Shown here: piece after piece, positions 46,907 to 57,692 of the stretch
Position numbering within the stretch: position 1 is the first letter of the stretch
Layout of the letters: each line of letters starts with the position of its first letter
Assembly (NCBI GenBank): GCA_021792955.1
Contig: JAJYTP010000002.1
Span: 43,575 to 107,574, forward strand
Source of the DNA: an archaeon
Lineage (GTDB): Archaea > Thermoproteota > Nitrososphaeria > Conexivisphaerales > UBA164
DNA length: 64,000 nt
Reading direction: 5' to 3'
Notes under the pieces: generated by a model
The model's database searches: none
What the model saw: the letters and a program-made list of their open reading frames with translations, nothing else
What the model was told of the DNA's origin: nothing
Position numbers and translations under genes: made by a program

Positions 46907-47060
46907 GACAGTTCAACAAAATGCTTTCCCTCTAATAAATTTTTATCGTAAATCTAGATCATTCAGCGGCATTCACGTAATGAGCTGTCATCGCTTTTCG
47001 ACTCATTTTACCCTTAATCATGATCAATTACTGCTGGCGGGCTGTCGATCATGCCATCTT

Positions 47061-47810
47061 CTAAAGAAGGTTTACGGCAAACCCTAGGATGAAGCCTATG
47101 AAGACTCCGGCGTAGGCAATGCCCAGCATGGTTTTATCTGGGTCAATCAGCAGGTTCCTCAGCATAGGTAATATGACATATAGCATAGTTCCAATTGCCA
47201 ACCCAAAGAACACAAGGTCAAATACGGTGGAATTATAATAATACCCAAGCGCTCCTCCTATTATCGTGGGAAAACCCCCTAAGAACAGCGCTCCAGCCAT
47301 AACTCCCATTCGCCCTTCCGTAGACCCCAGAAAGGGTGAGGCGATGGGAAAGCCTTCAGTAAAGTTCTGAAAAATAAATCCGATCAGTACAACCAGGGCT
47401 ATGCCGGTCAGGCCAATGGTCGAGTCAACAGAGCCAAATAGCAGGCCTTCAGTCAAATTTTGAAAAGCGATCCCGAGCGCGATTATCAGTGCCAATTGAA
47501 TCTGGGATAGCCGCCCCTTTCTCCGGTGGCCCACAGCAAACAGTATAAAAAATCCAACGGCTGTTGAAACTCCGAATATAAGGTCGTAATAAGGCGAAGA
47601 ACCATATCCATAGAGCGTCCCGTTATAGAGCACCTGTGCCGCATCCAGAAAGACATCCGATATCAGGAAGATCAATATGCCTATAGCGATCGCATTTAGA
47701 AATTTTGTTTTAGTATGCGCCAAATTCTTTTTCATGATAATAGGCATTGAAAGGTAAATGGAAAGCCCCATTATCGCGGAGAGAAGCAGTGTATCTGTGA
47801 AGCTAACCAA
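47061..47810 (-). CDS. ZIP-family divalent metal transporter
   Basis: Multi-TM; IAFQNLTEG and FQNFTEGFPI (Gln where ZIPs usually have HNxxEG). Confidence 0.75.
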   Translation of the reverse strand: MVSFTDTLLLSAIMGLSIYLSMPIIMKKNLAHTKTKFLNAIAIGILIFLISDVFLDAAQVLYNGTLYGYGSSPYYDLIFGVSTAVGFFILFAVGHRRKGRLSQIQLALIIALGIAFQNLTEGLLFGSVDSTIGLTGIALVVLIGFIFQNFTEGFPIASPFLGSTEGRMGVMAGALFLGGFPTIIGGALGYYYNSTVFDLVFFGLAIGTMLYVILPMLRNLLIDPDKTMLGIAYAGVFIGFILGFAVNLL

Positions 47811-48072
47811 TACATATCCGCACCAATGTCTGTTGAATTATAACACCGTTATAAGCATTTATCATTTTCCGGTCAGAAGATGATTTGAAGTAATACAGGT
47901 CTTATGAATAAACTCTACAGGTTATTGCCATCAAGGCTTAAATCGTTGATTGGATTGGTAGGCCCTCTGCCGGAGTACAGGCGGTTCATCCTTGTCTGGT
48001 AATCATCTAATTGTGTGCCCTTAGCTGGGTTATGCCGTGGTTAAAGGAAAAAAGGCAGGTCTAGTGCTGCCT

Positions 48073-49437
48073 TTAACCGCCTAGCTTAAGCACGTCAACC
48101 TGCTCCTTTACTCCCTTTAGCCTAGCCCAGTAGTCACCTACCATTCTTAGCACTTTCTGGTTCACCTGCTCGTAACTGACCTTTGTGGGCACCCTGTCCC
48201 TTAATAATAGTTCACCATTAACCACTACATCGCTGACGTCATCGCCATCTATTGAATTTACCAAGTGGCCGTAGACTGAGGAAACGGTGATCGGAGTTGG
48301 AAGCAACTGCGGTTTTATTATCACTATATCGGCCCGCTTCCCTACTTCCAGTGACCCAAGGTCCTTTTCAAGATGATATGCCTTTGCCGCGTTTATCGTA
48401 GCCATCTCTAGGGCCTGCATTATCGAGATCTTCCTAGGGTCGAGCATGTTTACCTTGTGAAGAAGGAAAACCCCCCTCAGGTTCTCGAATACATCAAATA
48501 TATATCCATCATTTCCTAGGCTTACGTTTATACCTTCATCCAACATATGAGGCACGGCGGGCACCCCCACCGCGTTAAGCATGTTACTTAAGGGATTATG
48601 TGCCACATTAGTCCCTGTCTTCTTGATTATCTGTAACTCGTCCTCATTTATGTTGACGGCATGCGCTACAACCGTCATGTTCCCCAACGCCCCGAGGTCA
48701 TGGAGCCTTTCAAATGTCCTCTTACCATACCTTTCCATGCTGTGATAGAGGTCCCATCTTCCTTCAGCCGTATGAATGGTTGTGGTCGCCTTCAGCGATC
48801 CCGCCTTTTCAATGGCGTATTTGATCAACTCATCACTTACGGTGAAGGGTGCGTGCAAACTTATCATCCCCATTATCCTATCACCATTCTCCTTCTTGAT
48901 GAACCGCACATCTTCTTCGACCCCTCTATATCCCTCTTCATGGCTCCTTCTTTGCGTTGCTTCAAAGGCAAGTACCCCCCTGATTCCCACCTCGTCAACC
49001 CCCTTCTTGATATCGTCCAGGACTCCTTCTATTGCGTTCGGGCCAGAAAAGGTGTCAGCGAACAGGGTGGTCCCGCTCCTCATAAGCTCCATGCTTGCCG
49101 TAAGGGCGCTTATGTATGCGTCCTGATGGTTCATGGCCTGGTCCATTGGCCACCATATACGCTGCAGGTTCTGGGTGAAGTCGGTCGGAGCTGGAAGGTT
49201 TAGATTAGCTCCCCTCAGGAGGATGCCGTAAAGGTGCGTATGGGAGCATATGAAGCCGGGCGTGATGATCCCACCCTTGGCATCAATAACTTCGCTCGCT
49301 CCTTCGCCCCCTATACTTCTTTCATCCCCTACCTTAATTATCCTCTCTCCCTCCACCAGCACTCCGCCCTTGAACACTGACCTCTCCTTATCCATGGTCA
49401 CTACTATCCCGTTCTTAATCAGCAACGATTTGGCCAT
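48073..49437 (-). CDS. SsnA/MTA-SAH deaminase-like amidohydrolase
   Basis: PGFICSHTH, IWWPMD, LHAPFT, IHTAE, AHAV, HNPLSNMLNAVG, LGNDG. Confidence 0.87.
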   Translation of the reverse strand: MAKSLLIKNGIVVTMDKERSVFKGGVLVEGERIIKVGDERSIGGEGASEVIDAKGGIITPGFICSHTHLYGILLRGANLNLPAPTDFTQNLQRIWWPMDQAMNHQDAYISALTASMELMRSGTTLFADTFSGPNAIEGVLDDIKKGVDEVGIRGVLAFEATQRRSHEEGYRGVEEDVRFIKKENGDRIMGMISLHAPFTVSDELIKYAIEKAGSLKATTTIHTAEGRWDLYHSMERYGKRTFERLHDLGALGNMTVVAHAVNINEDELQIIKKTGTNVAHNPLSNMLNAVGVPAVPHMLDEGINVSLGNDGYIFDVFENLRGVFLLHKVNMLDPRKISIMQALEMATINAAKAYHLEKDLGSLEVGKRADIVIIKPQLLPTPITVSSVYGHLVNSIDGDDVSDVVVNGELLLRDRVPTKVSYEQVNQKVLRMVGDYWARLKGVKEQVDVLKLGG

Positions 49438-49469
49438 GGTGGAACTACTAAAGGTAGTATTTATTAAAT

Positions 49470-50045
49470 TTAATCACGATAAGCGGTCGTGGTCCCCTTC
49501 CATCTGCTGAACAATTCATTGGGAAGATCCAATTCGTCCATCATCCTTCCCACCATGAATTTTACGATGTCATCTATGGATTTTGGCCTGCTGTAGAACC
49601 CTGGAGACGCCGGCATAACTATAGCTCCAGCCTGTGCAACCCTGAGCATCGCCTCTATGTGGATGACGCTTAGCGGCGTTTCACGTATCAGAAGCAGTAA
49701 CCTTTTCCTTTCTTTCAGCTGAACCATGGCCGCCCTTGTTATAAGGTTCGACTCGTAAGCAGTTGCTATTGAAGATAGCGTTTTAACGCTGCAGGGGGCT
49801 ATCACCATTGCGTCATACCGTGCGGAGCCGCTTGCCATAGGGGCGGTCATATCATCCTCGGTATAGTTGTAATCTGCGAGCCTTTGGAGCTGCTGGGGTT
49901 TGAGATCAGTTTCCTGCTTCATTGTGACCTTTGAGCCCTCGCTCAATATCAGGCTGATCTCAACCTTCGCATCTCTAAGAGCGGAGAGGAGTCCGACACC
50001 GTACTGGATGCCGCTAGCCCCAGTTATTGCAACTATTGCTTTCAT
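49470..50045 (-). CDS. ubiX: Flavin prenyltransferase
   Basis: ITGASG, ASGS, APCS, RAA.V.LKE.R, RETP, PASPGFY. Confidence 0.95.
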   Translation of the reverse strand: MKAIVAITGASGIQYGVGLLSALRDAKVEISLILSEGSKVTMKQETDLKPQQLQRLADYNYTEDDMTAPMASGSARYDAMVIAPCSVKTLSSIATAYESNLITRAAMVQLKERKRLLLLIRETPLSVIHIEAMLRVAQAGAIVMPASPGFYSRPKSIDDIVKFMVGRMMDELDLPNELFSRWKGTTTAYRD

Positions 50046-50130
50046 GCATATTAATGACGACGTTAGGATATTAAGTTTTACTGACATAACTTCGTAAAAG
50101 CTTAATAATATAAAATCAGAGATGGTATAA

Positions 50131-50754
50131 ATGCGAAAGACAGCACTCGCTATTTTTATGATACTGATGGTGGTTGCAGCGTCCCTTGGATACTACTATG
50201 TGTATATCTACGAACCAGGGAGCAGGCTGTATCAGAGGACGCTATTTTACAAATATGTCGTTAACGACAGCTTCGACGGTAACCCGGTGAACTATACGGA
50301 GTTCGCTACCTATCAACTTCTGGGTGTGAATGGCGGTGTGATGCACATGTTGGCTGAGGAGGAGCTTGAAACCTATATGGCGGTGATAAATGCTACTACG
50401 GGCAGAATGGTAGGTGCGTACTACAACGGCCCGCCTTATTATAATCTTTCCTTCGGCTCAAACTTTTACGAGCCTATGGTCCTATTCGACAGGGATTTAA
50501 AGGTGGGTTCGCAGGTCCCTCTCCTGAATTATAACTTTACCACAGTATCGACGACAGGCAGTACCGAAGTGCTATTGTATCGTAATGATTCGACCAATTC
50601 CAGCGGCGCCTCGATTGATCAGCTATTCGTCTATACATATTCAAGGAGCACAGGATATATGCTTAATGGAACAACCATCTACACCTACTCTAGCCCGACG
50701 AGCCATTCCACTATCTACGTTCAGGTCTTGCTAATTTCTGCAACTAGTAGATAG
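50131..50754 (+). CDS. Membrane-anchored/secreted Tyr-Thr-Ser-rich protein
   Basis: N-terminal MRK plus hydrophobic segment; many N-x-S/T sequons. Confidence 0.75.
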   Translation: MRKTALAIFMILMVVAASLGYYYVYIYEPGSRLYQRTLFYKYVVNDSFDGNPVNYTEFATYQLLGVNGGVMHMLAEEELETYMAVINATTGRMVGAYYNGPPYYNLSFGSNFYEPMVLFDRDLKVGSQVPLLNYNFTTVSTTGSTEVLLYRNDSTNSSGASIDQLFVYTYSRSTGYMLNGTTIYTYSSPTSHSTIYVQVLLISATSR

Positions 50755-50819
50755 GAGGAAGACCTTACGTGGTAGTAGATAAGGGAATAATTAATTAAGA
50801 AGATGAAGTCAGGTAATGC

Positions 50820-51341
50820 ATGAATATAATAGTGGGAAGCGATAACCCTGTTAAAATTAATGCTTGCACTGAAGCATTCAGAAAGGCGTTTAGGGGGCAT
50901 ACGGTGGATGTTATGGGAATTGGCGTAGAAAGTGGCGTGCCGGCCCAGCCTTCAAATGATGAAATGTTTGAAGGGGCTAGGAACAGGGCCGCTAGGGCAA
51001 TGGCTCTAACAAGCGCTGATTATTCGGTAGGCATAGAAGGTGGGACCCTAACGGCGGGTCGCCATTTATTCGTAACAGCTGTCATCTGTATACTGGACTC
51101 CAAGGGCAGGGAGGGATACGGGCTCAGCGGCGGGTTTCTGATCCCGCCTAGCGTTGCAGGGATGTTAAAGAGCATGGAGCTCGGGGATGCCGTGGATATT
51201 TTTTCCAATCAGCATGATACAAAAAGGAAAGGTGGAGCAGTAGGGCTATTCACCGGTGGTCTGATAGACAGAAAGGGCCTTTATGAGCACGGGATTACAC
51301 TGGCCCTGGCTAGGTTTCTGTCCGCTGGTATATGGAATTAG
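50820..51341 (+). CDS. yjjX: Non-canonical purine NTP phosphatase (YjjX family ITPase/XTPase)
   Basis: VGSDNPVK, SGVPAQP, GARNRA, GIEGG, ELGD, GAVGLFT. Confidence 0.92.
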   Translation: MNIIVGSDNPVKINACTEAFRKAFRGHTVDVMGIGVESGVPAQPSNDEMFEGARNRAARAMALTSADYSVGIEGGTLTAGRHLFVTAVICILDSKGREGYGLSGGFLIPPSVAGMLKSMELGDAVDIFSNQHDTKRKGGAVGLFTGGLIDRKGLYEHGITLALARFLSAGIWN

Positions 51342-51342
51342 T

Positions 51343-52563
51343 TTATCTTCGTAAAGTAAGGTGACCTTGGCTTACTACATAATCCGGTTCTACCTGAAAG
51401 GTGAGTGCTTCCATCACCGATTTTGCCGGCAAGAGGACAAGGTTGGCAGTATTACCCTCCTTGAGCCCGAAGTCGTTTACTCCGATGATCCTAGCCGGAC
51501 TTGTAGTTACCATATCATATATCCTGTCTACCCCTTCATAGTCCATTCTCCATAGCAGGTGGCTGGCGAGGAACGCTACTTCTGTCATTTTACATCTTCC
51601 ATAGGGATAGTAAGCATCGCTGCAGTCATCCTGCCCTATGGCTATATCTACACCATAGCGCGCTAGCTTCTCAACTGGTATGTGCAGCGGGCCTGTATGC
51701 GGATCAGTAACTAAGCCCATCCCCGCCGTCCTGATCTTCTGGGCCACCTCCCTCAGCCTTGAGTCGTCATATAACTGTAGTGCCCTTGCATGACAGGCTT
51801 CAACCTTCCCATCTAGGCCCGCCCGATGAGCCATTTCAGCTAGCATTTCAACGGTGTGCAATTCCTTGTTAGCCGCATCGTCCACCAGCATTGCAACTGG
51901 CTTATTATATTCAACAGCTAAATTGATCATCTTCTGTATATGCGCTCTCTGGTCCTCCTCGGTCCGTTCTATCCAGGGTATTCCACCTACTACATCAGCC
52001 CCTTTATCTAGCGCCTTTCTGACCAGCTCCTCGGCACCAGGCTCCATTATAACGCCGTCCTGAGGAAATGCTACTACCTGAATTGAGATTTCCGACTTGA
52101 GCTGTTCCCTGAGCTCGCATAATGCATCTATAGCCATTAGCTTCGCCTTGGTATCTACGTCCGCAAAGGCCCGTATATGGGAAACTCCATATTTCTTTGC
52201 AAGCATCAGGTACCTGCTGGCCCTTTCCTTTATGCTTTCGACCGTATATGAGGCCTTGACCTTTGATGCCGTCATTATCGCATCCTTGGCGCTTGAGTTA
52301 TCCATCCTGTGGTATGCCCTTACCGCCGTATCCCCAGCGATGTCCCATGTACCCACTTTATCAAGATGTACGTGCGCTATAACGTATGATTCTGTCACAA
52401 GCCTTCCCTTAGCGTCTATCTCTATCTGTGCCTTTTGGGTTTCACCGGCCTCTTTAATGGATATTATTTTGCCGTTCTGGATGTATATGGAGTAGAGTTC
52501 GTCCTTTCCCCTGAGCCTTGCCCCCTTAATGAATATGTCATCCATACCATCCATGTACAGCAT
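51343..52563 (-). CDS. Cytosine/creatinine deaminase-like amidohydrolase
   Basis: AHVHLDK, QVVAFPQDG, VVGGIP, GQDD..DAYYPYG. Confidence 0.85.
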   Translation of the reverse strand: MLYMDGMDDIFIKGARLRGKDELYSIYIQNGKIISIKEAGETQKAQIEIDAKGRLVTESYVIAHVHLDKVGTWDIAGDTAVRAYHRMDNSSAKDAIMTASKVKASYTVESIKERASRYLMLAKKYGVSHIRAFADVDTKAKLMAIDALCELREQLKSEISIQVVAFPQDGVIMEPGAEELVRKALDKGADVVGGIPWIERTEEDQRAHIQKMINLAVEYNKPVAMLVDDAANKELHTVEMLAEMAHRAGLDGKVEACHARALQLYDDSRLREVAQKIRTAGMGLVTDPHTGPLHIPVEKLARYGVDIAIGQDDCSDAYYPYGRCKMTEVAFLASHLLWRMDYEGVDRIYDMVTTSPARIIGVNDFGLKEGNTANLVLLPAKSVMEALTFQVEPDYVVSQGHLTLRR

Positions 52564-52693
52564 CTAAATATTAATGTTACTTGCCTGGGCCTTTGATATA
52601 AGATGGCAGTAATTTACGGCTTCTCCCAAAGTCCACAACATCTTGATAAACATAGCTAGTTTTAAATAGCCTTTGTACGCAATTCCTTCCCGT

Positions 52694-53569
52694 ATGTATC
52701 CTCCTTCTTTTGATTATGCCGCGCCAGACGATTTGGACGAAGCTCTAAAGCTACTTGAACTTCATAATGAAGATGCGAAGATCATGACAGGCGGAGTGGG
52801 GCTTATAAATGCGATGAAACATCACGTAATCAAGCCGGGGTTTCTCATCGATATCTCCCGTATAAGGGAACTGGGCTTGATTGGCGATCACGGCGGTTAT
52901 CTTTCAATCGGTGCAGCCGTAAAGGTGGCCGAACTTCAGCGATCGGATCTGGTAAAAAGAAACTATACCGCCCTCTCAGAGGCCGCAGGAGCCATAGCGG
53001 ACCCGCTTCTTCGGAACATGATAAGCGTAGGTGGCAATGTATGCACCGGAAATCCTGACGATGACCTCCCCCCAGTTTTTCTCTCGATGGACGCCCAGTA
53101 CATTTTGGCCGGAAGGAACGGCCGCAGGGTCATTGACGCTGATGGCTTCTACCTTGGTCATATGTCAACTGCCATAAGGCCAGGAGAAATTCTGGTAGAG
53201 GTACGAGTGCCAAGGCAGACGGAGCGGTCAGGTAGCGCTTATATTAAAAGAGAGTTAAGGCAGAACGACCATCTGGTTGCTGGTGTAGCCGCATCTATAT
53301 CGTTGGAGGAGGATGGAAGGTATAAGCGGCTAGCCTTTGGGCTGTCCGGATCAGGAAACACATCCATACATGCTAGGCTACCAAAGTTTACAGGAAGCCG
53401 ACCTGTTGATGTGCCAGTTGGTGATATAGCCAAGATGGTCGTTGAAGAAGCTTCACCGTTGTCCGACAGGCAAGGCTCAGCTAGCTACAAGAGGAAAGTT
53501 ATCTTGGTGCTTGCCAGGGAAGCCCTTACTCTAGCCCTACAAAGGGCTGAACAGGGGGGGCAGAAATGA
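52694..53569 (+). CDS. Molybdenum hydroxylase FAD subunit (CoxM/CutB-like)
   Basis: [25 protein letters not shown]. Confidence 0.9.
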   Translation: MYPPSFDYAAPDDLDEALKLLELHNEDAKIMTGGVGLINAMKHHVIKPGFLIDISRIRELGLIGDHGGYLSIGAAVKVAELQRSDLVKRNYTALSEAAGAIADPLLRNMISVGGNVCTGNPDDDLPPVFLSMDAQYILAGRNGRRVIDADGFYLGHMSTAIRPGEILVEVRVPRQTERSGSAYIKRELRQNDHLVAGVAASISLEEDGRYKRLAFGLSGSGNTSIHARLPKFTGSRPVDVPVGDIAKMVVEEASPLSDRQGSASYKRKVILVLAREALTLALQRAEQGGQK

Positions 53570-54039
53570 AGATTAGCGTTAATTTTAATGGAAGGAACGT
53601 CGATGCAGACGTGGAGCCAAGAAAACTTCTGGTGGATTTCATAAGGGATGACCTTCACCTTACTGGAACCCATGTCGGTTGCGACACATCGAGCTGTGGA
53701 GCTTGTACCATTCTCCTGGATGGCGTGGCAGTGAAGTCCTGCACCATGTTTGCGGTGCAGGCCAATAACAGAAATATAACAACCATTGAGGGGTTATCGA
53801 AAGGAGATGAGCTTCATAGGCTACAGAGCGCCTTCATTGAAGAGGGCGGCCTTCAATGTGGGTATTGTACGCCGGGGATGATAATGACATCAGCATGGCT
53901 GTTATCAAATAACGCTGCTCCTACGGAGAAGGAAATACGCAATGGTATATCAGGAAACCTCTGCAGGTGCACAGGATACGACTCGATCATTCGCTCAATA
54001 CAGAAGGCTTCATCGGATAGGAGAGGGGGTCGTAAGTGA
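53566..54039 (+). CDS. Molybdenum hydroxylase 2x[2Fe-2S] subunit (CoxS/CutC-like)
   Basis: [27 protein letters not shown]. Confidence 0.95.
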   Translation: MKISVNFNGRNVDADVEPRKLLVDFIRDDLHLTGTHVGCDTSSCGACTILLDGVAVKSCTMFAVQANNRNITTIEGLSKGDELHRLQSAFIEEGGLQCGYCTPGMIMTSAWLLSNNAAPTEKEIRNGISGNLCRCTGYDSIIRSIQKASSDRRGGRK

Positions 54040-56081
54040 ACATGGAAGCTACTGAAAGGTTTGTAAGGGGACAGGGAAGGTATGTCGGCGATATCGAGCT
54101 GCCCGGTATGCTACATCTTGCAATAATAAGGAGTAAATACGCTAGGGCTAGGTTGCTCAGGGTAGAAGGGGGAATAAGCGGCCGTGACCTGAGCGCTGTG
54201 ATACCCGATGTGGGCGAGGGGGCGAGAGGCGAAAGCTGGAAGATAAAGCAGCCAGTGTTCGCTACAGGGCAGGTGAACTACCTAGGACAGCCGGTGGCTG
54301 CGGTTTATGCGGATAACAGATACCTAGCGGAGGACCTTATGGATTCGGTGGACGTATCATATGAGCCGATGCAGCCGGTGCTTGATGAGCAGGAAGCCAT
54401 GACCGCAGAGCCTATTCATCCCGGACTGAATAGTAATGTGGCTACGGACCAATTTATAGGAAAGGACTTTGAAGCGAAGGACGCCGAAGTCGTGTTGGAT
54501 GACGCTTTTAAGATAGGCAGGATAGCGACGGACCCGATAGAGACTAGAGGCATACTGGTCAATTATGATGGCTCCAGATTGAACGTATGGGTATCCACCC
54601 AAGCAATGTTCAGCATAAGGAATGGGTTGTGTGCTACCCTGGGTTTACCAATTACGAGCGTCAGGGTCATGCAGGCAGACACCGGAGGCGCATTTGGATC
54701 AAAGAGCGCCATGTATCCCGAATATGCCATAGCCGCCTTTGTTTCAATGAAGACCCACAGACCAGTAAAGTGGCTGGAGTCCAGAAAAGAGCATCTGACA
54801 GCCTCCAGGCCGGGCAGAGGGGTCAGCGGCAGCATGAAGCTCTTTGCCAAGAGGGACGGAACGGTGATCGGGCTTAAAGGGGAAATAATAGTCAATGGAG
54901 GCGCCTACCTTGACGGCCTCGCAAGGTTCTCACCGATGTTCATAGGGATGCAATTGACCGGCCCATACGCCATAAGGAACGGCTATGTCAGGGCTATTTC
55001 TGTAGTCACCAACACTCCACCCCTGGGGCCTTACAGGGGAGCCGGCAGGCCCGAAGCCGCATTCTTCAGGGAAAGGATGATGGATTTGTTGGCCGATGAG
55101 CTGAAGCTGGACCCAGCGGAGATAAGGATAAAGAACGCTACGGATCAGGTGTTTACCAACCCATTTGGAATGAGGATAATTGGAAGCCGCCAGTTTATGA
55201 CAGAGGCATTTGATAGTTTGGAGTACTACAGGTTGGCCCGGGAGCCAAATGGAAGAAGAGGCGTCGGCATTTCATGTTTCGTACTTGTTCCAGCCTTGAT
55301 GGAAGGTGAAAGCTGCAAATTAAAGGTGGATAATGGCAGGATTAAAGCCTGGCTAGGTGGGAATTCTCACGGCCAGGCCCATGAGGTTTTCGTCAGAAAG
55401 CTGATCGGTTCAACACTGGATGTTCCAACTGGCGTTGTAGATGTTCAGCCAGGCGATACGGATATGATAACATCTGGGGTGGGAGTCTGGGGAAGCCGCT
55501 CAGCTATAGTCGCTGGATATGCCACAGTCCTTGCTTCACAAATGCTGAAGGAGAAGGTCGTAAAAACCAAGGGCCTCTATACGCCTGAATATCTTCTGGC
55601 GGGCAACTATGAAGCAGAAGTGTTGAATGAGAAGTTCGATGATCCAAGTCTCAATTCATTTGGAGCAAACTTGGTGACGGTTGAGGTGGATGAGCTGGGA
55701 GAGGTTACGGTTGAGGAGTGCAGGTCATACTATGACGTAGGGAATGCGCTAAATAGGGAAATGGTAAAAGGGCAGATAGCAGGCGGTATGGCGCAGGGGA
55801 TATCCTCAGTGCTCTATGAGGGTTTGATTTTTGCAAAAGATGGGACCCTCCTGACGGATTCGATAGCCAGCGCTGGGGTGCCTCCTGCAAGGGAGCTCCC
55901 GCACTTTGTAACCGGCATAACCGAGCATCCATCGAGTCTGCCACATGGGGCTAAGGGGGTGGGAGAAGCCCCCACCATAGGGGTGCCACCGGCCCTAGTG
56001 AGGGCAATAGAGAAAGCCACAGGAGTCAGAATACGTAATATTCCACTACATCCCGAAGTCCTCATAGGACCCGAGAAGTAA
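54036..56081 (+). CDS. Molybdenum hydroxylase Mo-cofactor subunit (xanthine dehydrogenase/aldehyde oxidoreductase family, form-II-like)
   Basis: [35 protein letters not shown]; lacks the AYxCSFR motif of form I CO dehydrogenase. Confidence 0.9.
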   Translation: MNMEATERFVRGQGRYVGDIELPGMLHLAIIRSKYARARLLRVEGGISGRDLSAVIPDVGEGARGESWKIKQPVFATGQVNYLGQPVAAVYADNRYLAEDLMDSVDVSYEPMQPVLDEQEAMTAEPIHPGLNSNVATDQFIGKDFEAKDAEVVLDDAFKIGRIATDPIETRGILVNYDGSRLNVWVSTQAMFSIRNGLCATLGLPITSVRVMQADTGGAFGSKSAMYPEYAIAAFVSMKTHRPVKWLESRKEHLTASRPGRGVSGSMKLFAKRDGTVIGLKGEIIVNGGAYLDGLARFSPMFIGMQLTGPYAIRNGYVRAISVVTNTPPLGPYRGAGRPEAAFFRERMMDLLADELKLDPAEIRIKNATDQVFTNPFGMRIIGSRQFMTEAFDSLEYYRLAREPNGRRGVGISCFVLVPALMEGESCKLKVDNGRIKAWLGGNSHGQAHEVFVRKLIGSTLDVPTGVVDVQPGDTDMITSGVGVWGSRSAIVAGYATVLASQMLKEKVVKTKGLYTPEYLLAGNYEAEVLNEKFDDPSLNSFGANLVTVEVDELGEVTVEECRSYYDVGNALNREMVKGQIAGGMAQGISSVLYEGLIFAKDGTLLTDSIASAGVPPARELPHFVTGITEHPSSLPHGAKGVGEAPTIGVPPALVRAIEKATGVRIRNIPLHPEVLIGPEK

Positions 56082-56459
56082 AACAGTTCGGGGCGTATCA
56101 AAATATGTTAATATTGGGCCGGAGTGCCTTTTAAACTTCAGTCGAAATCAGTTTATATGACCTTATGGCTTAAGCTATTCCCAACTCCCTTTGGCTATCA
56201 TTAGCACCAATTGTTTAGAAGTACTCCATAAATCGCGCCATTTTGGAGGTTAGTTGCCGCTCACCCTACCCCCTTCACTATAGCAGGTTAACGAAGGGTA
56301 AATGGGATATCCTTCTGGTGGCCTCAGGCGCGGTATCCTTTCCAGGGATAATTGTTGTTCTAGGGCCTGTCAAGCGGGCATGTCACTTATGTTTGAGTTA
56401 ATGATAAAATAAATTTGATAGCCGGTTATATAATTATATTAGCCTTTAAAGTGTAGAAA

Positions 56460-57641
56460 ATGAGTCTAGCTTTAGTGTTATCGTTCAGCCCTACATTGGT
56501 TCTTAACAAGAATTTCCCATATGAAAGGGCAGATCGCATAATTAGCGAAGCGAACCTTGTGGACAGGTACTTTGATGCCAAGCTGACCAAGGATATTTTT
56601 CTGAACTATTCCAAGAACGTCTATTCACAGATCCTGACCAAGGCGGTGGAGCTGAAGGAGTCATCCATAAAATCCGCCGTGCCGTTTAAGATCAGCATAG
56701 CCCCGACCGGGGTCTTTTTCGAACTTGCAAAATATGATAATACGATTTTGACTCTACTAAAAAAACTTCAGTCGATAGATGCGGTGGAGTTCATAGGTAC
56801 TACCTTCTACAGTACGATGGCCCCTCTGGCCCCTAACACCATTGATGAAGTAGAGGAACAGGTCAGGAACCATATTGAACTCTTAGAAGGTTCATTCAAA
56901 TACAGGCCAACTATCCTGGTTCTACCACATATGCTTTATAATGATAGGCTTGCCAAGGTCGCACAGAAGCTTTCATTTAAAGCGGTGTTGACGGAGGAGG
57001 TAGGGGAGCTTAGCGACCATCGTTACTCCTTTGTGCCATCCGGCATGGAGAATATGAAGGTGCTGATTAGGAATTATGAGCTGAGCCAGGCGCTATATGA
57101 AGGTAAGCTTGAGGCTCTCCTGGCCGAAAATAATAACGGTATAGCCTTCCTAGAAGCAGAAAGGCTTGGTAGAAGGGGGCCTAACTACGTTAGCCTCCTT
57201 TTGGAATCAGCATATAGGTCCGGAAAGGAGATGATCGGCCTGAGCCGGCTACTTGATGATACTGAAAATGGGGTACTTACTGTTCCAGAACAGCTTACCG
57301 TTATCGACAGGGCCTATGGATCCGGTTCGTCATCTGTCATGAAGAACAAATTTCAGCGCGCTTCCATGGACAGGCTATACTACCTCAAACAGTACCTATA
57401 TGAGCTGGGAGACCAGAGGAATATAGCGATCTGGAGATTGCTTCAACAGGATGAAAATCTGATAGAAATGGATCACCATATTGATGGTAAGGTTTCAAAT
57501 TTCGTTGATGGCGATGACGCAAAGCTAGCCTTCTGGTCCATATATTCCGATTTCGAAGGTAAAGTGGCTTCGAAAGTGCAGGCCGGCAGGCGTACGAAGC
57601 AGATGGTTACTGGAAGGTATGGGGCTCAGAAGCCGGGTTGA
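56460..57641 (+). CDS. GH57 alpha-amylase-like protein, catalytically degenerate
   Basis: FKISIAPTG, VEFIGTTFYS, EQVRNH...F..RP, LIRNYELS, IWRLLQ; HQP and catalytic Glu/Asp motifs appear substituted. Confidence 0.75.
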   Translation: MSLALVLSFSPTLVLNKNFPYERADRIISEANLVDRYFDAKLTKDIFLNYSKNVYSQILTKAVELKESSIKSAVPFKISIAPTGVFFELAKYDNTILTLLKKLQSIDAVEFIGTTFYSTMAPLAPNTIDEVEEQVRNHIELLEGSFKYRPTILVLPHMLYNDRLAKVAQKLSFKAVLTEEVGELSDHRYSFVPSGMENMKVLIRNYELSQALYEGKLEALLAENNNGIAFLEAERLGRRGPNYVSLLLESAYRSGKEMIGLSRLLDDTENGVLTVPEQLTVIDRAYGSGSSSVMKNKFQRASMDRLYYLKQYLYELGDQRNIAIWRLLQQDENLIEMDHHIDGKVSNFVDGDDAKLAFWSIYSDFEGKVASKVQAGRRTKQMVTGRYGAQKPG

Positions 57642-57692
57642 ACTTTACCAACTCTCTACCCCCTATCATCCAAAGGGTTTAGACAGTACGCT

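Noticed and set aside
54036-56081. Aerobic CO dehydrogenase call
   Set aside because: Active-site loop is YRGAGR, not the AYxCSFR of form I CoxL, and no accessory cox genes are present
56082-56459. Short hairpins and a GCATGTCAC ending in the coxL-GH57 spacer as another IS right end
   Set aside because: Lacks the GAAGCNCACG and GACGAACC blocks shared by copies A and B
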